Source of the DNA: a virus
Taxonomy: Duplodnaviria > Caudoviricetes
IMG/VR virus record: IMGVR_UViG_3300012931_000897
Span: 1-33,969 of that record
Reading direction: 5' to 3' (one strand)
DNA: 33,969 nt
Below the pieces are notes generated by a model. That model saw only the letters and a list, made by a program, of their open reading frames with translations, did no database searches and was not told the origin of the DNA. A program made the translations under genes and the position numbers. Shown here piece after piece: positions 8,754-17,129 of this stretch (within the stretch, counting starts at the first letter, position 1; every line of letters begins with the position of its first letter).

Positions 8754-10472
8754 TCATCCCTCCTGTAGGGCGATGCGGGTCATCATCGCCAGTACGGTGA
8801 ACGGGAAGGGCTTGTCCTGGACACAGGTGATGGCGCCGTCGGTGTCCACGGTGCCCGGTGACGGGACCTCGGCGTCCCCCGTGAAGGGGGCAGGCGGATC
8901 CCCGAGGTCCTGGCCCTCGAGTCCGACGTAGGCCAGGGACATCAGGTTGTCCTCGTCGGGTCCGGCCTGGCCGCCGTAGGACCTGTAGAGGCGGAGCGTG
9001 GTACTCAGGACCTGCTTCGTCTTTCCCTGCCAGGTGTTGTTCAGGGCGATCTCCGGCCGCTCCGGCTTCACCGTGGACGTATAGGGAAGCCCGATGTGGA
9101 TGGTGGAAACGCCCTTGGAGTAGGTGACCTGCCCGGAGGCCACGGTCTTCGAGGGAAGGAGGCCTCCATCTCCGATGGCGGACACTACCTTGCCCTCCAG
9201 GTGGGTGAGACCGGTGATGGTCTTGGTGGGCGTCGCGTAGGTCTTCCGCAAGCCGCTGTCCAGGTAGTGAATCTCCTCGAAGTCGTCATCTTCCACGGCC
9301 AGGGACAGGTATTCCATGCGGCGGTTGCCGTCCCGGTTGACCACCATCCAGAGCTCATCCCCGGAGGTGCCCCGGGCCACGGCTACCGACTCCACCAGGC
9401 CATCGTCGGCGAGGACCTGGCGGGACCAGCCGACGGACAGCCCCCCCTGGGTGTCGATGGTGGCGGCGCAGAGCGTGCCGTCGCTGCGCGCGAGGAACGC
9501 CACCTGGTCGGGGTCCATCATGGCGGCGATCTCGAGCACGGAGGGCTTGAGGATGTGGTCGGAGAACCTGGAAGCGTCGATATCCGCGAAGCTCTCGCTG
9601 TCGGATGAATAGGCCAGGATGCGCAGGGTGGGGGTCACGTAGCCGAGGTAGAGGACCACGTTGCCCGACTTCAGGGCCTTCTGCGGAGCGCAGGGGACAT
9701 AGGCGATGGGCTGCATCGTGATGTCGGAGGCGAGGGTAGCCGTGTTCTGCCAAACGGACCGATCGGTACCGGCCATGAGGCCCAGTTTGTGGACCGCGGT
9801 CCAGCGGATGCTGGACCCTACTCCGTCCGGGATGGTGTAGATCACGGCGTAGTCGGAGGTGGAACCGGTTGTGAAGTCGGTGAAGCGGTACGCCCCCGTT
9901 GCCGTGTTGAAGGTCCTGGACATGAAAATGGTCCGCGGTTCGTTGTTCGTGGCGGCGAAGAGGAGCCGTCCCTGGTAGATGTCCACCACGGCGGGGTAGT
10001 CCCCTGTTGCGGAGAATGTGCGGGCCCCGCTGAAGGATGGCGTGGAAAGCGTGAAGGTCCCTGCGGAATAGGTGATCAACCGGGGTGCGTACGACGGGTG
10101 AACCAGGTAGATCTCGTCCCCGTTGGCCACATAGTCGATTGCGGCGATATCGGACGCGCTCCACGGGGTAACCACCACTGCGGGGGAACCGTAAAGGGCG
10201 TGAGCCGTGGTCCATAAGCGGGCGGACAGCGCCGTGAGCTCCAAGATGCATGTGCCCGCGGACGTGGTCCAGGGGATCAGGCGCGCGGTGGCCGCCGGAT
10301 CCCCGATGTAGTAGGTGCCGGGGCGACGACGGAACCCGCCGTTCTTCATCGGTAGGAAGTTTTCCATGGTCCTGCAGCCGTTCTGATAGGCCGGCAGGTC
10401 GGACCGGCCTTCCAGTTTCGGGCTGAGCTCCCCGGCGAGGAAGTTGTTCTGCAGAAGGACGATGCTCGACAT
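8754..10472 (-). CDS. Tail tubular protein B / nozzle (T7 gp12-like)
   Basis: N-terminal NNFLAGELSPKLEGRSDL...ENF...GG..RRPGT, plus GDYPAVV..YQGRLLFA, GWSR, GLTHLEGKVV...DG, IGLPY and C-terminal QDKPFPFTVLA. Confidence 0.85.
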   Translation of the reverse strand: MSSIVLLQNNFLAGELSPKLEGRSDLPAYQNGCRTMENFLPMKNGGFRRRPGTYYIGDPAATARLIPWTTSAGTCILELTALSARLWTTAHALYGSPAVVVTPWSASDIAAIDYVANGDEIYLVHPSYAPRLITYSAGTFTLSTPSFSGARTFSATGDYPAVVDIYQGRLLFAATNNEPRTIFMSRTFNTATGAYRFTDFTTGSTSDYAVIYTIPDGVGSSIRWTAVHKLGLMAGTDRSVWQNTATLASDITMQPIAYVPCAPQKALKSGNVVLYLGYVTPTLRILAYSSDSESFADIDASRFSDHILKPSVLEIAAMMDPDQVAFLARSDGTLCAATIDTQGGLSVGWSRQVLADDGLVESVAVARGTSGDELWMVVNRDGNRRMEYLSLAVEDDDFEEIHYLDSGLRKTYATPTKTITGLTHLEGKVVSAIGDGGLLPSKTVASGQVTYSKGVSTIHIGLPYTSTVKPERPEIALNNTWQGKTKQVLSTTLRLYRSYGGQAGPDEDNLMSLAYVGLEGQDLGDPPAPFTGDAEVPSPGTVDTDGAITCVQDKPFPFTVLAMMTRIALQEG

Positions 10473-10474
10473 GC

Positions 10475-11065
10475 CTACCTCAACTCGTCGTAGTAGGTGA
10501 ACCCGAGGTCTTCGGCCGCGGTCTGTTCATCCCGACGGCCGCCGTCCGCGGAGAGGGCGCGCGCAAGCGCCTCCTTGTACTCGGCCCTGATCTTGGTCTG
10601 CGTGGATTCCGACTTCGTGATGGGGCCGGACAGGATATCCGCGAGCCTGATGGCGATCAGGTTGCGCAGGTACGGGGGTAGTTTCGTGGCATCCGCGGGC
10701 CGCGCCGTGTAGGTGATGTAGACCTCGTCGGCGTCGGTGAGCAGTTGTTCCCCCTCGATGCTCCACTTCTCACCGCCGGCATCCACCTCGACGCATCGGA
10801 TGAAATCGGACGGAAGCTGGTACTGGTATTCGAAACCGTAGGCCGGGGTATCGGTGAGCTGGGCCAGCTGGACGCGCTTTGTGGCCGCCTTCCAGGAGAA
10901 CTCGTTGAAGACGTCCTCAACGGCGCCGCCGATGAACTTCCGGCAGTAGTTGGCGTTGGGGTTCGTCGTCTCGGAAATCGTCCCGATCTGCTTGGTGCCG
11001 AGTCTCCCGAGCGCCTGGTTGGCGACGTCGGTCCAGCTCTTCGGGTAGCTGATACCTCCGGCCAT
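10475..11065 (-). CDS. Tail tubular protein A / head-tail adaptor (T7 gp11-like)
   Basis: DVANQALGRLG, W..A.KRVQLA, YQYQLPSDFIR and IEGEQLLTD motifs, and position upstream of tubular B. Confidence 0.85.
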   Translation of the reverse strand: MAGGISYPKSWTDVANQALGRLGTKQIGTISETTNPNANYCRKFIGGAVEDVFNEFSWKAATKRVQLAQLTDTPAYGFEYQYQLPSDFIRCVEVDAGGEKWSIEGEQLLTDADEVYITYTARPADATKLPPYLRNLIAIRLADILSGPITKSESTQTKIRAEYKEALARALSADGGRRDEQTAAEDLGFTYYDELR

Positions 11066-11068
11066 GGG

Positions 11069-11419
11069 TTACGCCTCCGTGGTCGCGGCGGCCTGCGCGG
11101 CCTGGATGGCCTCGATGATGGAGGCCTTGTTGGCGTTGGACGCGACGGTCACCCCCTGGGCGGCCGCGTATTCCAGGAGCTCCGCCTTGCTCATGTCATC
11201 CAGGACCACCGCCGCGTCGCCTTTCGCCCCCGTGGTCGCGGCGGCCTGCGCGTCGAAGTCGGCCAGCATGGCCTGGGCTTCCTCGTCCATGGCGATGAGC
11301 CGCTTTGCCTGGCCGGACTTCTTGAACTGGGCCACCTTCTCCTCGGACAGCTGATAGGTCTGGTCCTCGTAGTAGGTGGTTCCCTCGTAGAACCGCTCTT
11401 TGACTCCAAAAAGTGCCAT
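11069..11419 (-). CDS. Small virion-associated protein with C-terminal HeH/Rho-N-like motif
   Basis: Start re-called to ATG 11419 (GGGAGGG RBS). C-terminal LDDMSKAELLEYAAAQGV...NKASIIEAI. Confidence 0.65.
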   Translation of the reverse strand: MALFGVKERFYEGTTYYEDQTYQLSEEKVAQFKKSGQAKRLIAMDEEAQAMLADFDAQAAATTGAKGDAAVVLDDMSKAELLEYAAAQGVTVASNANKASIIEAIQAAQAAATTEA

Positions 11420-11455
11420 ATTCCCTCCCGTGCGCCTGGCTGGCGCGGTATATGA

Positions 11456-11480
11456 GAGCCCCCGGGGGTCCCGGGGGCTC
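11456..11480. terminator. Strong GC hairpin after the capsid-associated gene (terminator or mRNA stabiliser)
   Basis: GAGCCCCCGGG-ggt-CCCGGGGGCTC, an 11-bp perfect stem, with no convincing U-tract. Confidence 0.45.
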
Positions 11481-11490
11481 ATGGTTCAGG

Positions 11491-11961
11491 TCAGAACGGC
11501 AGGTCGGGCCCGGCTTCGATCCAGGCGGTGACCGTCGCGGCGGTGAAGGTGCCGGAGCTCTTGGGCACGCATCCGGCGCGGAGGTAGCGGCGGTGGATCT
11601 TGGGCAGGGGCAAGACGGCGATGATGCCCTTCTTGGTCCCCAGGGCACCGGTGGTGTAGTAGGTCCAGCCGTAGACGGTGGATCCGTCGTCCCATCCCTT
11701 GATGATGTTCACCCACGCGGATCCGGAGTAGGAATCCTGGATGAGCGGGGTGAAATCGTCGATGGAGGCGAAATCGGCCGCCGTGTGGAAGACCACGCAA
11801 AGATCCGCGTGCACGCCCGTGAGGTGCGTGTAGAGGCTGGAACTGCAGTAGGTCCGGAACATGGAGGAGACCGCGGCACAGTCCAGGGAATCGGCGCTGT
11901 AGACGTCGGTCCCTTTGACCGCCAGGCTGATCGCCCCGAAAATTTCAAGCGAGCTGCGCAT
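11491..11961 (-). CDS. Bbp16-like capsid cement/decoration protein
   Basis: Immediately after the major capsid gene. C-terminal LP..HRRYLR.....GTFTAATVTAWI is typical of this family. Confidence 0.7.
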   Translation of the reverse strand: MRSSLEIFGAISLAVKGTDVYSADSLDCAAVSSMFRTYCSSSLYTHLTGVHADLCVVFHTAADFASIDDFTPLIQDSYSGSAWVNIIKGWDDGSTVYGWTYYTTGALGTKKGIIAVLPLPKIHRRYLRAGCVPKSSGTFTAATVTAWIEAGPDLPF

Positions 11962-11971
11962 GTCACCCTCC

Positions 11972-12949
11972 TCAGCTGATAGCCGTCTCGGTGTCGAGAA
12001 TCGGCTCGTACATGCGGAACGGTACGCCCGCGCAGTGCGTGATGGGCCCGTACCCCTGGATCTCCCTCAGGTGGTAGGAGATGTTGGCCTTGTTGTAGGC
12101 CAGATCGTCCAGCTGCCCCATGACGGTCCGGTTGGCGAACGCCACGGCGTTCCGGCCCACGGAGGGGAGCTCCCTCTTCATCTTGATGAACGTGCTGGCG
12201 CTGAAGGTGTTGCTGGCTCCCGCGGTCTCGATGTTGGCGTACCGCAGGAAGGCCCTGCTGTTGCGGAGCACGATGCCGGCCCAGATCTCGAAGTGCCTGA
12301 CCCAGGCCCAGTAGTTGCCGGACCCGGAGGGCACGGGGAGGCTGTGCATTCCACGGTCCTCGTTGTGGAAACCGGCGGCGCCGCTGTCGGGCGGGAAGGT
12401 CATGTAAAAACCTGAGGGCCCGAACTCGAAGAGGAGGACGCTGGTAACGTCGGATCCCGTGCCGGAGCCGCCCCAGACGGTGTAGGGCTTGGCCGTGGAC
12501 AAAGTCTTTCGCCTGGCGTAGAGCCCCTTGAACGCGTCGGGGTAGTCACCCTGGTCGACGTAGACCAGCTGGTAGAGCCAGTCCTGCACGAGCCCGTTGA
12601 AGTTGAGGATATCCTCGGAATCACGGACCTTGCGGGCATCCACGCCCTTCAGGACCCGGTCATCGATGTTGGAGTCCCCTTCGTAGAGCTTGACCGGCTC
12701 GGTGATCTCGTCGGTCCCCGAGCTGATGGGGGTCGTGGCCCCGTACGCCTTGCTGAAGGCGCCCTTACCCAGGTACTTGGCCTGGAGCTGCTTGTTGTAG
12801 ATCCCCTGGTTGGCGGGGAGGAAGGGGCATTCATCCAGGAAGTCGTTCTGCTGACTGACTTCCCCCATGACCTCGGCTTCGCCATCGAATCCCAGGCGCT
12901 TCAGGGCCTCCGTCCAGGAGAGAGCGGAGTTCTGTGTGATGACGGACAT
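11972..12949 (-). CDS. Major capsid protein (BPP-1 Bbp17-like)
   Basis: 325 aa with AGGAG RBS. N..LD..PF..AN, F.GL..R, GSGTGSDVTSV, RYANIE and C-terminal GVPFR..EPILDTETAI. Located after the scaffold. Confidence 0.85.
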   Translation of the reverse strand: MSVITQNSALSWTEALKRLGFDGEAEVMGEVSQQNDFLDECPFLPANQGIYNKQLQAKYLGKGAFSKAYGATTPISSGTDEITEPVKLYEGDSNIDDRVLKGVDARKVRDSEDILNFNGLVQDWLYQLVYVDQGDYPDAFKGLYARRKTLSTAKPYTVWGGSGTGSDVTSVLLFEFGPSGFYMTFPPDSGAAGFHNEDRGMHSLPVPSGSGNYWAWVRHFEIWAGIVLRNSRAFLRYANIETAGASNTFSASTFIKMKRELPSVGRNAVAFANRTVMGQLDDLAYNKANISYHLREIQGYGPITHCAGVPFRMYEPILDTETAIS

Positions 12950-13241
12950 AATGCGCTCCTATCGTGACGACACGAGTAGTTGCGCGGCTATGTCTGGTTT
13001 TGGTTCTTTGCCGTCCTGTCCCTGTTTCAATCCACGCACCGTTAAGGTGCGACGGAAATCACCAGTCCATTTCCGGCCGACCGGCGCCGTCCTGTCCCCA
13101 GGTTCGCCCGTCCAAGTCTGGTACCCCCGCGATGGACCGACTCATTTAGCTGGTCTATTTTCGGCGCGCTCCAGATCCAGCTGCCGCTGAATCCGCAACG
13201 CGGATTTCATGGGGTGTATCGCTACACCCCCGTAAACTAGC
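12950..13241 (-). ncRNA. Structured ~290-nt 5' leader/ncRNA upstream of the major capsid gene
   Basis: Non-coding gap in an otherwise tightly packed operon. Hairpins at 13211-13230, ~13190-13206, 13053-13075 and ~12962-12975, plus the CRISPR repeat. Confidence 0.55.
13024..13053 (-). CRISPR. Solitary type I-C-like CRISPR repeat (not an array)
   Basis: Minus strand GTCGCACCTTAACGGTGCGTGGATTGAAAC: GT, CGCACC/GGTGCG stem, 5-nt loop, then the 11-nt TGGATTGAAAC handle. This matches I-C repeat architecture with the stem 1 bp shorter than the usual 32-nt repeat. Single copy, no cas genes. Confidence 0.8.
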
Positions 13242-13247
13242 ATGGGT

Positions 13248-13276
13248 ATAGTACCTCAGCCCGCTCTAGTTGTCAA
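13248..13276 (-). promoter_or_regulatory. Sigma70-type promoter driving the leader and capsid gene
   Basis: TTGACA (13276-13271), 17 bp, TACTAT (13253-13248). The -10 is bracketed by the inverted repeat AACTAG (13235-13240) / CTAGTT (13266-13271). Confidence 0.7.
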
Positions 13277-13485
13277 GTTTTCGTGCCTGCAACAGGATAT
13301 TTTTCCTCGAACTGCGGGGAGTAATGCTGTCCCTTTTTCCCCGCGGGCTTCTTGCCCGCCGCCGGTGTGACACCTGCGGCCCCTGCCCCTTCTGCCTCGG
13401 CGGGAGGTTGTCCCGCGGGCTGTGCGGTCGCATCTGCCGCGGGCTTCGGGGGCAGTTCCTTTTTCACGTCGTCTAAAAAGCTCAT
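13273..13485 (-). CDS. Small protein resembling the scaffold C-terminus
   Basis: ATGA overlap with the scaffold stop. Ala/Pro/Gly-rich, ending HYSPQFEEKYP, compared with HSREFDEKYP in the scaffold. Confidence 0.7.
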   Translation of the reverse strand: MSFLDDVKKELPPKPAADATAQPAGQPPAEAEGAGAAGVTPAAGKKPAGKKGQHYSPQFEEKYPVAGTKT

Positions 13486-14375
13486 CTTCGTCCCTTTCCT
13501 TTCGCGGGGTACTTCTCGTCGAACTCGCGGCTGTGGGCCATCCCCTCTGCCTTCGGCTTCCCAGCGCCCTGCGGGCTGCCCGGGATGAACGGCTCCTCGA
13601 GGAGATTCCTCTCCATCCCTGCGATGCCCATGGCGAACTTGGGGTTGAAGAACAGCCCCGTTTCCACCATCGCATTCACCGTTTCCTCGTCGCCGAACCT
13701 CTTCACCATGGCCCTCTTGTAAAGGTTCAACGTCTCGGCCTTCTTGGTCTCACTCCCGCCCAGGGCGTCCAGGAGCTTCGCCTCGAAACCGTCCTCGCTC
13801 TCCTTCTGCTTCTTCTTCCGCTGATCCTCGGCCACCTTGTTGAGATTCATGTAGGTCTCAAGGAGCTTCTGGGCCTGGTGGTTGTTCAGGCTCATTCCCG
13901 CGGCCTGCTGGCGTACGAATGCGACCGCGTTGTCCAGGTCCTTCACGTCCTTGTAGGCGTCCACTTTGAACTGGTATCCGTCCGGCTTCTCGGGGATCCC
14001 CAGGCGCGTGCGAAAAGCCTTCACCTCCGCGGGATCCGGCTTCTCCCCGGACGGGAGGATGAGCGCGCGGGCCATCCGCTTGGACATCTCGAATGATCTA
14101 GAAACTAGATCGTTCAGCCTGGGATGTCCTGAGAGATACTTCCGGAGCTCGGGGTCCTTTCTCAGCTCCGGGGAGATCTGGGAGTAGTAGTCGGGGTCCT
14201 TTGGTTCCGCCGCGGCGCCCTTGGGAGCCGATCCCCCGGCGGACGCCGGCTGTACGCCGGAGGCGGGAGCCCCGCCGGCGGGCGCTCCTTCGTCCCCCGC
14301 CCCTCCCACGGTGCCTCCGCCCCCTCCCCCGGCACCGTCGTCCGGTGCCCATTTGACCCAGTTTCGAAACCGCAT
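13482..14375 (-). CDS. Capsid scaffolding/assembly protein
   Basis: Low-complexity G/A/P N-terminus, LGIPEKPDGY motif and coiled coil. Located between portal and capsid. Confidence 0.75.
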   Translation of the reverse strand: MRFRNWVKWAPDDGAGGGGGGTVGGAGDEGAPAGGAPASGVQPASAGGSAPKGAAAEPKDPDYYSQISPELRKDPELRKYLSGHPRLNDLVSRSFEMSKRMARALILPSGEKPDPAEVKAFRTRLGIPEKPDGYQFKVDAYKDVKDLDNAVAFVRQQAAGMSLNNHQAQKLLETYMNLNKVAEDQRKKKQKESEDGFEAKLLDALGGSETKKAETLNLYKRAMVKRFGDEETVNAMVETGLFFNPKFAMGIAGMERNLLEEPFIPGSPQGAGKPKAEGMAHSREFDEKYPAKGKGRR

Positions 14376-14385
14376 ATCCCCTCCC

Positions 14386-14667
14386 CTATGTTTCCGGACC
14401 TTCGTCCGGCATGAGCTCGAGGTCCGCCATGGTGGCCGTGTCCGCCAGGGCGTTGGCCAAGGCGAACAGGTTTACCGGCGTCACGATTCCCAGCTTTCCC
14501 AGGATCCTGTTGTAAAGCGCGCGGAGCTCCGGCTTCCCGATCTCCGGATTCTGTGACCATTCTCCGCATTCATTGGCCAGCCACGCGAGCACTTCCCGGC
14601 CGTCCTGGGTGAGGAACACCCGCTGGAAGAGAAGCCGTTCCCCCCGGGTGTCTACTTTGATGCTCAT
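14386..14667 (-). CDS. Bbp19-like protein
   Basis: FQRVFLTQDGREVLAWLANEC motif, directly after the portal. Confidence 0.7.
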   Translation of the reverse strand: MSIKVDTRGERLLFQRVFLTQDGREVLAWLANECGEWSQNPEIGKPELRALYNRILGKLGIVTPVNLFALANALADTATMADLELMPDEGPET

Positions 14668-14669
14668 TT

Positions 14670-16385
14670 CTACACCGCCTCCGCCATGGATTCCGCGGGG
14701 CTCCCGGCCTCCGGGGCCTTGGAAGTGGCACCGTAGACCTTCGACTGGAGCTCCGCTGCCTTCATCTGCATCTGGGCCTTGAGCATGGCCTCCTGCTGTT
14801 TCTGCCGCGCGGCCCGGATCTTCTGGACCTCATACACGTCCCGCAGCACGTTCCGGTCGATGTTGTAGTACTTCCCGATGGACCTGACGTAGGCCTCCAG
14901 GTTCACGGGATCCAGCGCCGTCTTGTCGATCTGCGCCAGAGTGAAGATCTCGTTGAGCGCCTGACGGGTGTTGTCAAGAAGTAGGTAGCGCTTCTGCAAC
15001 TGGGCCAGGGGGCTCACCAGGTCGATCTTGATCCGCTGGCCACCGAGAACCCGGGGAGCCGGTGGCGCACGCCCAGCGTCTATCTCAAGCTGGAATAAGT
15101 CCTCCGTGACAGGCTCTAGAAACTCAGCTCCGAGCCGCCCGAAGAATGCCGTGAGCATTGCCGCCTGCTCCCCGCGGAGCCCTTCCACTTCCGTGGCGGT
15201 CTTGGTGCGCTGGATGTTCTGGGTGAGCACGAGGAAAAGCTCCGTGTGGTAGGACTCGTTGACGCCCTTCTGGAGCAATGACATGTCTTCAAGTATGCCC
15301 TTGGTATCCCCGATCAACATCCCGGCGCCGTAATCCTCACCGGCGCGCATCCATGTCACACCTGATGGGGTGAGATTGAGCCGGCCCTGCAGCTGCTCGG
15401 TTGCCTTGAGCGGCGGTCTGGCGCGCAGCTGGATCATCCGGTGGTAATCCTTCCTCATCCCGGAGAGCATCATCACATTGCTGATCTCGAGCATTCCCGG
15501 GCAGTCGATCCCCCAAACGGACCCATCGGGATTCCGGCTCCAGCGCCAAACAAAGAAGGGCTTCACCTCGTAGCCGCCCTCCCGAATTGCTTTCCGGTGA
15601 TCGCAGTCCGCCACGTAGACCGAATAGAACGGCATCCCTTTGGTGGACCGCGCGTCGATATCGAGGTCGAACTTGTCCAGAGGGAAGATGAACTGGGTGA
15701 ACATTTTTCGCGTGGTGTCGTTGTTCCGATAGGCATCCTGGATTATGACAGGCAGGGCCTCGTAGCCGAACATTGCTACGGCATCGAACGGCGTGAGCCA
15801 CAGGTCCCTGAAGAGGGTGTCCACCTCCCCGTTCTCGTCCTCCATGATGCAGCACCTTTTCAGGTGGAGGACCTGATACTGGGGAATCCCGCGGACCACG
15901 TTGTTGGTCCGGAACATGATTGCCGTTCCGAAATCAGCGCCAATGCGGATGAATGAACGGCCCTCATCGTAGAAGGACGATTTAGCCCACTGGTTGTACA
16001 ACCCGATCTCGGAACGCTGAAGGTAAGAAGAGACATCGGTGCGGTCCATCAAGGATTCATCTTCCGTGGCCAGCCTGTTCCAGGCACTGGATCGAGAGAA
16101 GGAATATCCCTGAATCCCATCCGCAAGACGGCCGCTTGCTTTCATGGCCGTGTTGTCGTAGACGACCTTCATGTCCGGCAGGGTCGTCTGGATCTCCGAC
16201 TCGAAGTTCCAATCGGCCAGAAGCGGATTGCAGTGCTGCGCAATCTCCTTCCACGTGGGGATGATCTGTTCCCGCTCCTCGATGAGCTGTCCGCGGATCT
16301 GGTAGAGGACGTCGAGGGATTCGACCGAGATTCTCGGCGTTGCCCGAATAATTTCTGCGGTTTGGGCCGCGGTTCGTTTTGCCAT
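14670..16385 (-). CDS. Portal / head-to-tail connector (T7 gp8 family)
   Basis: 571 aa. W.EIA...P, YDNTA..A...LA.G, FGTA, ED.NGEVDTLFR, GGY...PF...RW, KTATEV and SPLAQ motifs. Confidence 0.9.
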   Translation of the reverse strand: MAKRTAAQTAEIIRATPRISVESLDVLYQIRGQLIEEREQIIPTWKEIAQHCNPLLADWNFESEIQTTLPDMKVVYDNTAMKASGRLADGIQGYSFSRSSAWNRLATEDESLMDRTDVSSYLQRSEIGLYNQWAKSSFYDEGRSFIRIGADFGTAIMFRTNNVVRGIPQYQVLHLKRCCIMEDENGEVDTLFRDLWLTPFDAVAMFGYEALPVIIQDAYRNNDTTRKMFTQFIFPLDKFDLDIDARSTKGMPFYSVYVADCDHRKAIREGGYEVKPFFVWRWSRNPDGSVWGIDCPGMLEISNVMMLSGMRKDYHRMIQLRARPPLKATEQLQGRLNLTPSGVTWMRAGEDYGAGMLIGDTKGILEDMSLLQKGVNESYHTELFLVLTQNIQRTKTATEVEGLRGEQAAMLTAFFGRLGAEFLEPVTEDLFQLEIDAGRAPPAPRVLGGQRIKIDLVSPLAQLQKRYLLLDNTRQALNEIFTLAQIDKTALDPVNLEAYVRSIGKYYNIDRNVLRDVYEVQKIRAARQKQQEAMLKAQMQMKAAELQSKVYGATSKAPEAGSPAESMAEAV

Positions 16386-16394
16386 GGTATCCTC

Positions 16395-17129
16395 CTAAAG
16401 GAACTCCATTGGATCCCACTCACCGGTCCGCTGCCCGCTCCCGGATATCGTTTGTTCTGGAATATTACCATCTCGGCGGTCCCTCGTAAACCACCACGCC
16501 AACAGGAGATATGCGGTCACCAGGTCGTCATGGATTTCTTCATCGTCGGCTTCGTGCTTGGTCCTCCCGGTCTTTGTCGGAATACCCCGAAAGTGCATGA
16601 GCTGGGTCTGCATCTCCGGAGCCCAGCGTACCCCCTGCGCGACGCGGATCCGGTTTCGTTGCGCCAGGAGATTCCCGGCCGCCACCAGGTCGTCCTTCGG
16701 GACATGTATCTCCTGCAGGATGCGGGCCCCGGCAAGCTTCCCGCTCTGGGAGGAGGAGAAAACCTTCCCGAACTCGCTGTAGACCTCCCTCGACTGCCCA
16801 CCGCCGGTGATGATGATCGGCGTGGGGAACAGGTCCTTGCTCCTCATGAGGTCCACCACGGGCTCCCCCACCCCGGTGGCGTCGACAATCAGGTCCGCGT
16901 TCTGGGCCAGGTCCTTGTGCTGCATCAGCTTCCACACCGAAGACACCATCTCGATGTAGGACTTCCCGAAAAGCTGGTCGATGAACACGATGTCGTAGAA
17001 GTGGAGGAGCCGGTCCGGCTGATCGATCCGCCGGTCTCCATCCACGATTTCCGCGACGTCCTTGCCCACCTCGATCACGAACCGGTCTTTCCGTTTTCCT
17101 ACATCCACGGCCACGCAATATTCTTTCAC
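16395..17129 (-). CDS. terL: Terminase large subunit, nuclease (RNase H-fold) domain as a separate gene
   Basis: VAVDVGKRKD, LIVDATGVGEPV and HDDLVTAY motifs. GTG start overlaps the ATPase stop (GTGA) and has its own GGAGGT RBS. Confidence 0.8.
   Translation of the reverse strand: MKEYCVAVDVGKRKDRFVIEVGKDVAEIVDGDRRIDQPDRLLHFYDIVFIDQLFGKSYIEMVSSVWKLMQHKDLAQNADLIVDATGVGEPVVDLMRSKDLFPTPIIITGGGQSREVYSEFGKVFSSSQSGKLAGARILQEIHVPKDDLVAAGNLLAQRNRIRVAQGVRWAPEMQTQLMHFRGIPTKTGRTKHEADDEEIHDDLVTAYLLLAWWFTRDRRDGNIPEQTISGSGQRTGEWDPMEFL

Noticed and set aside
12950-13260. Full CRISPR array or cas locus
   Set aside because: Only one recognisable repeat, and no cas genes in the window.
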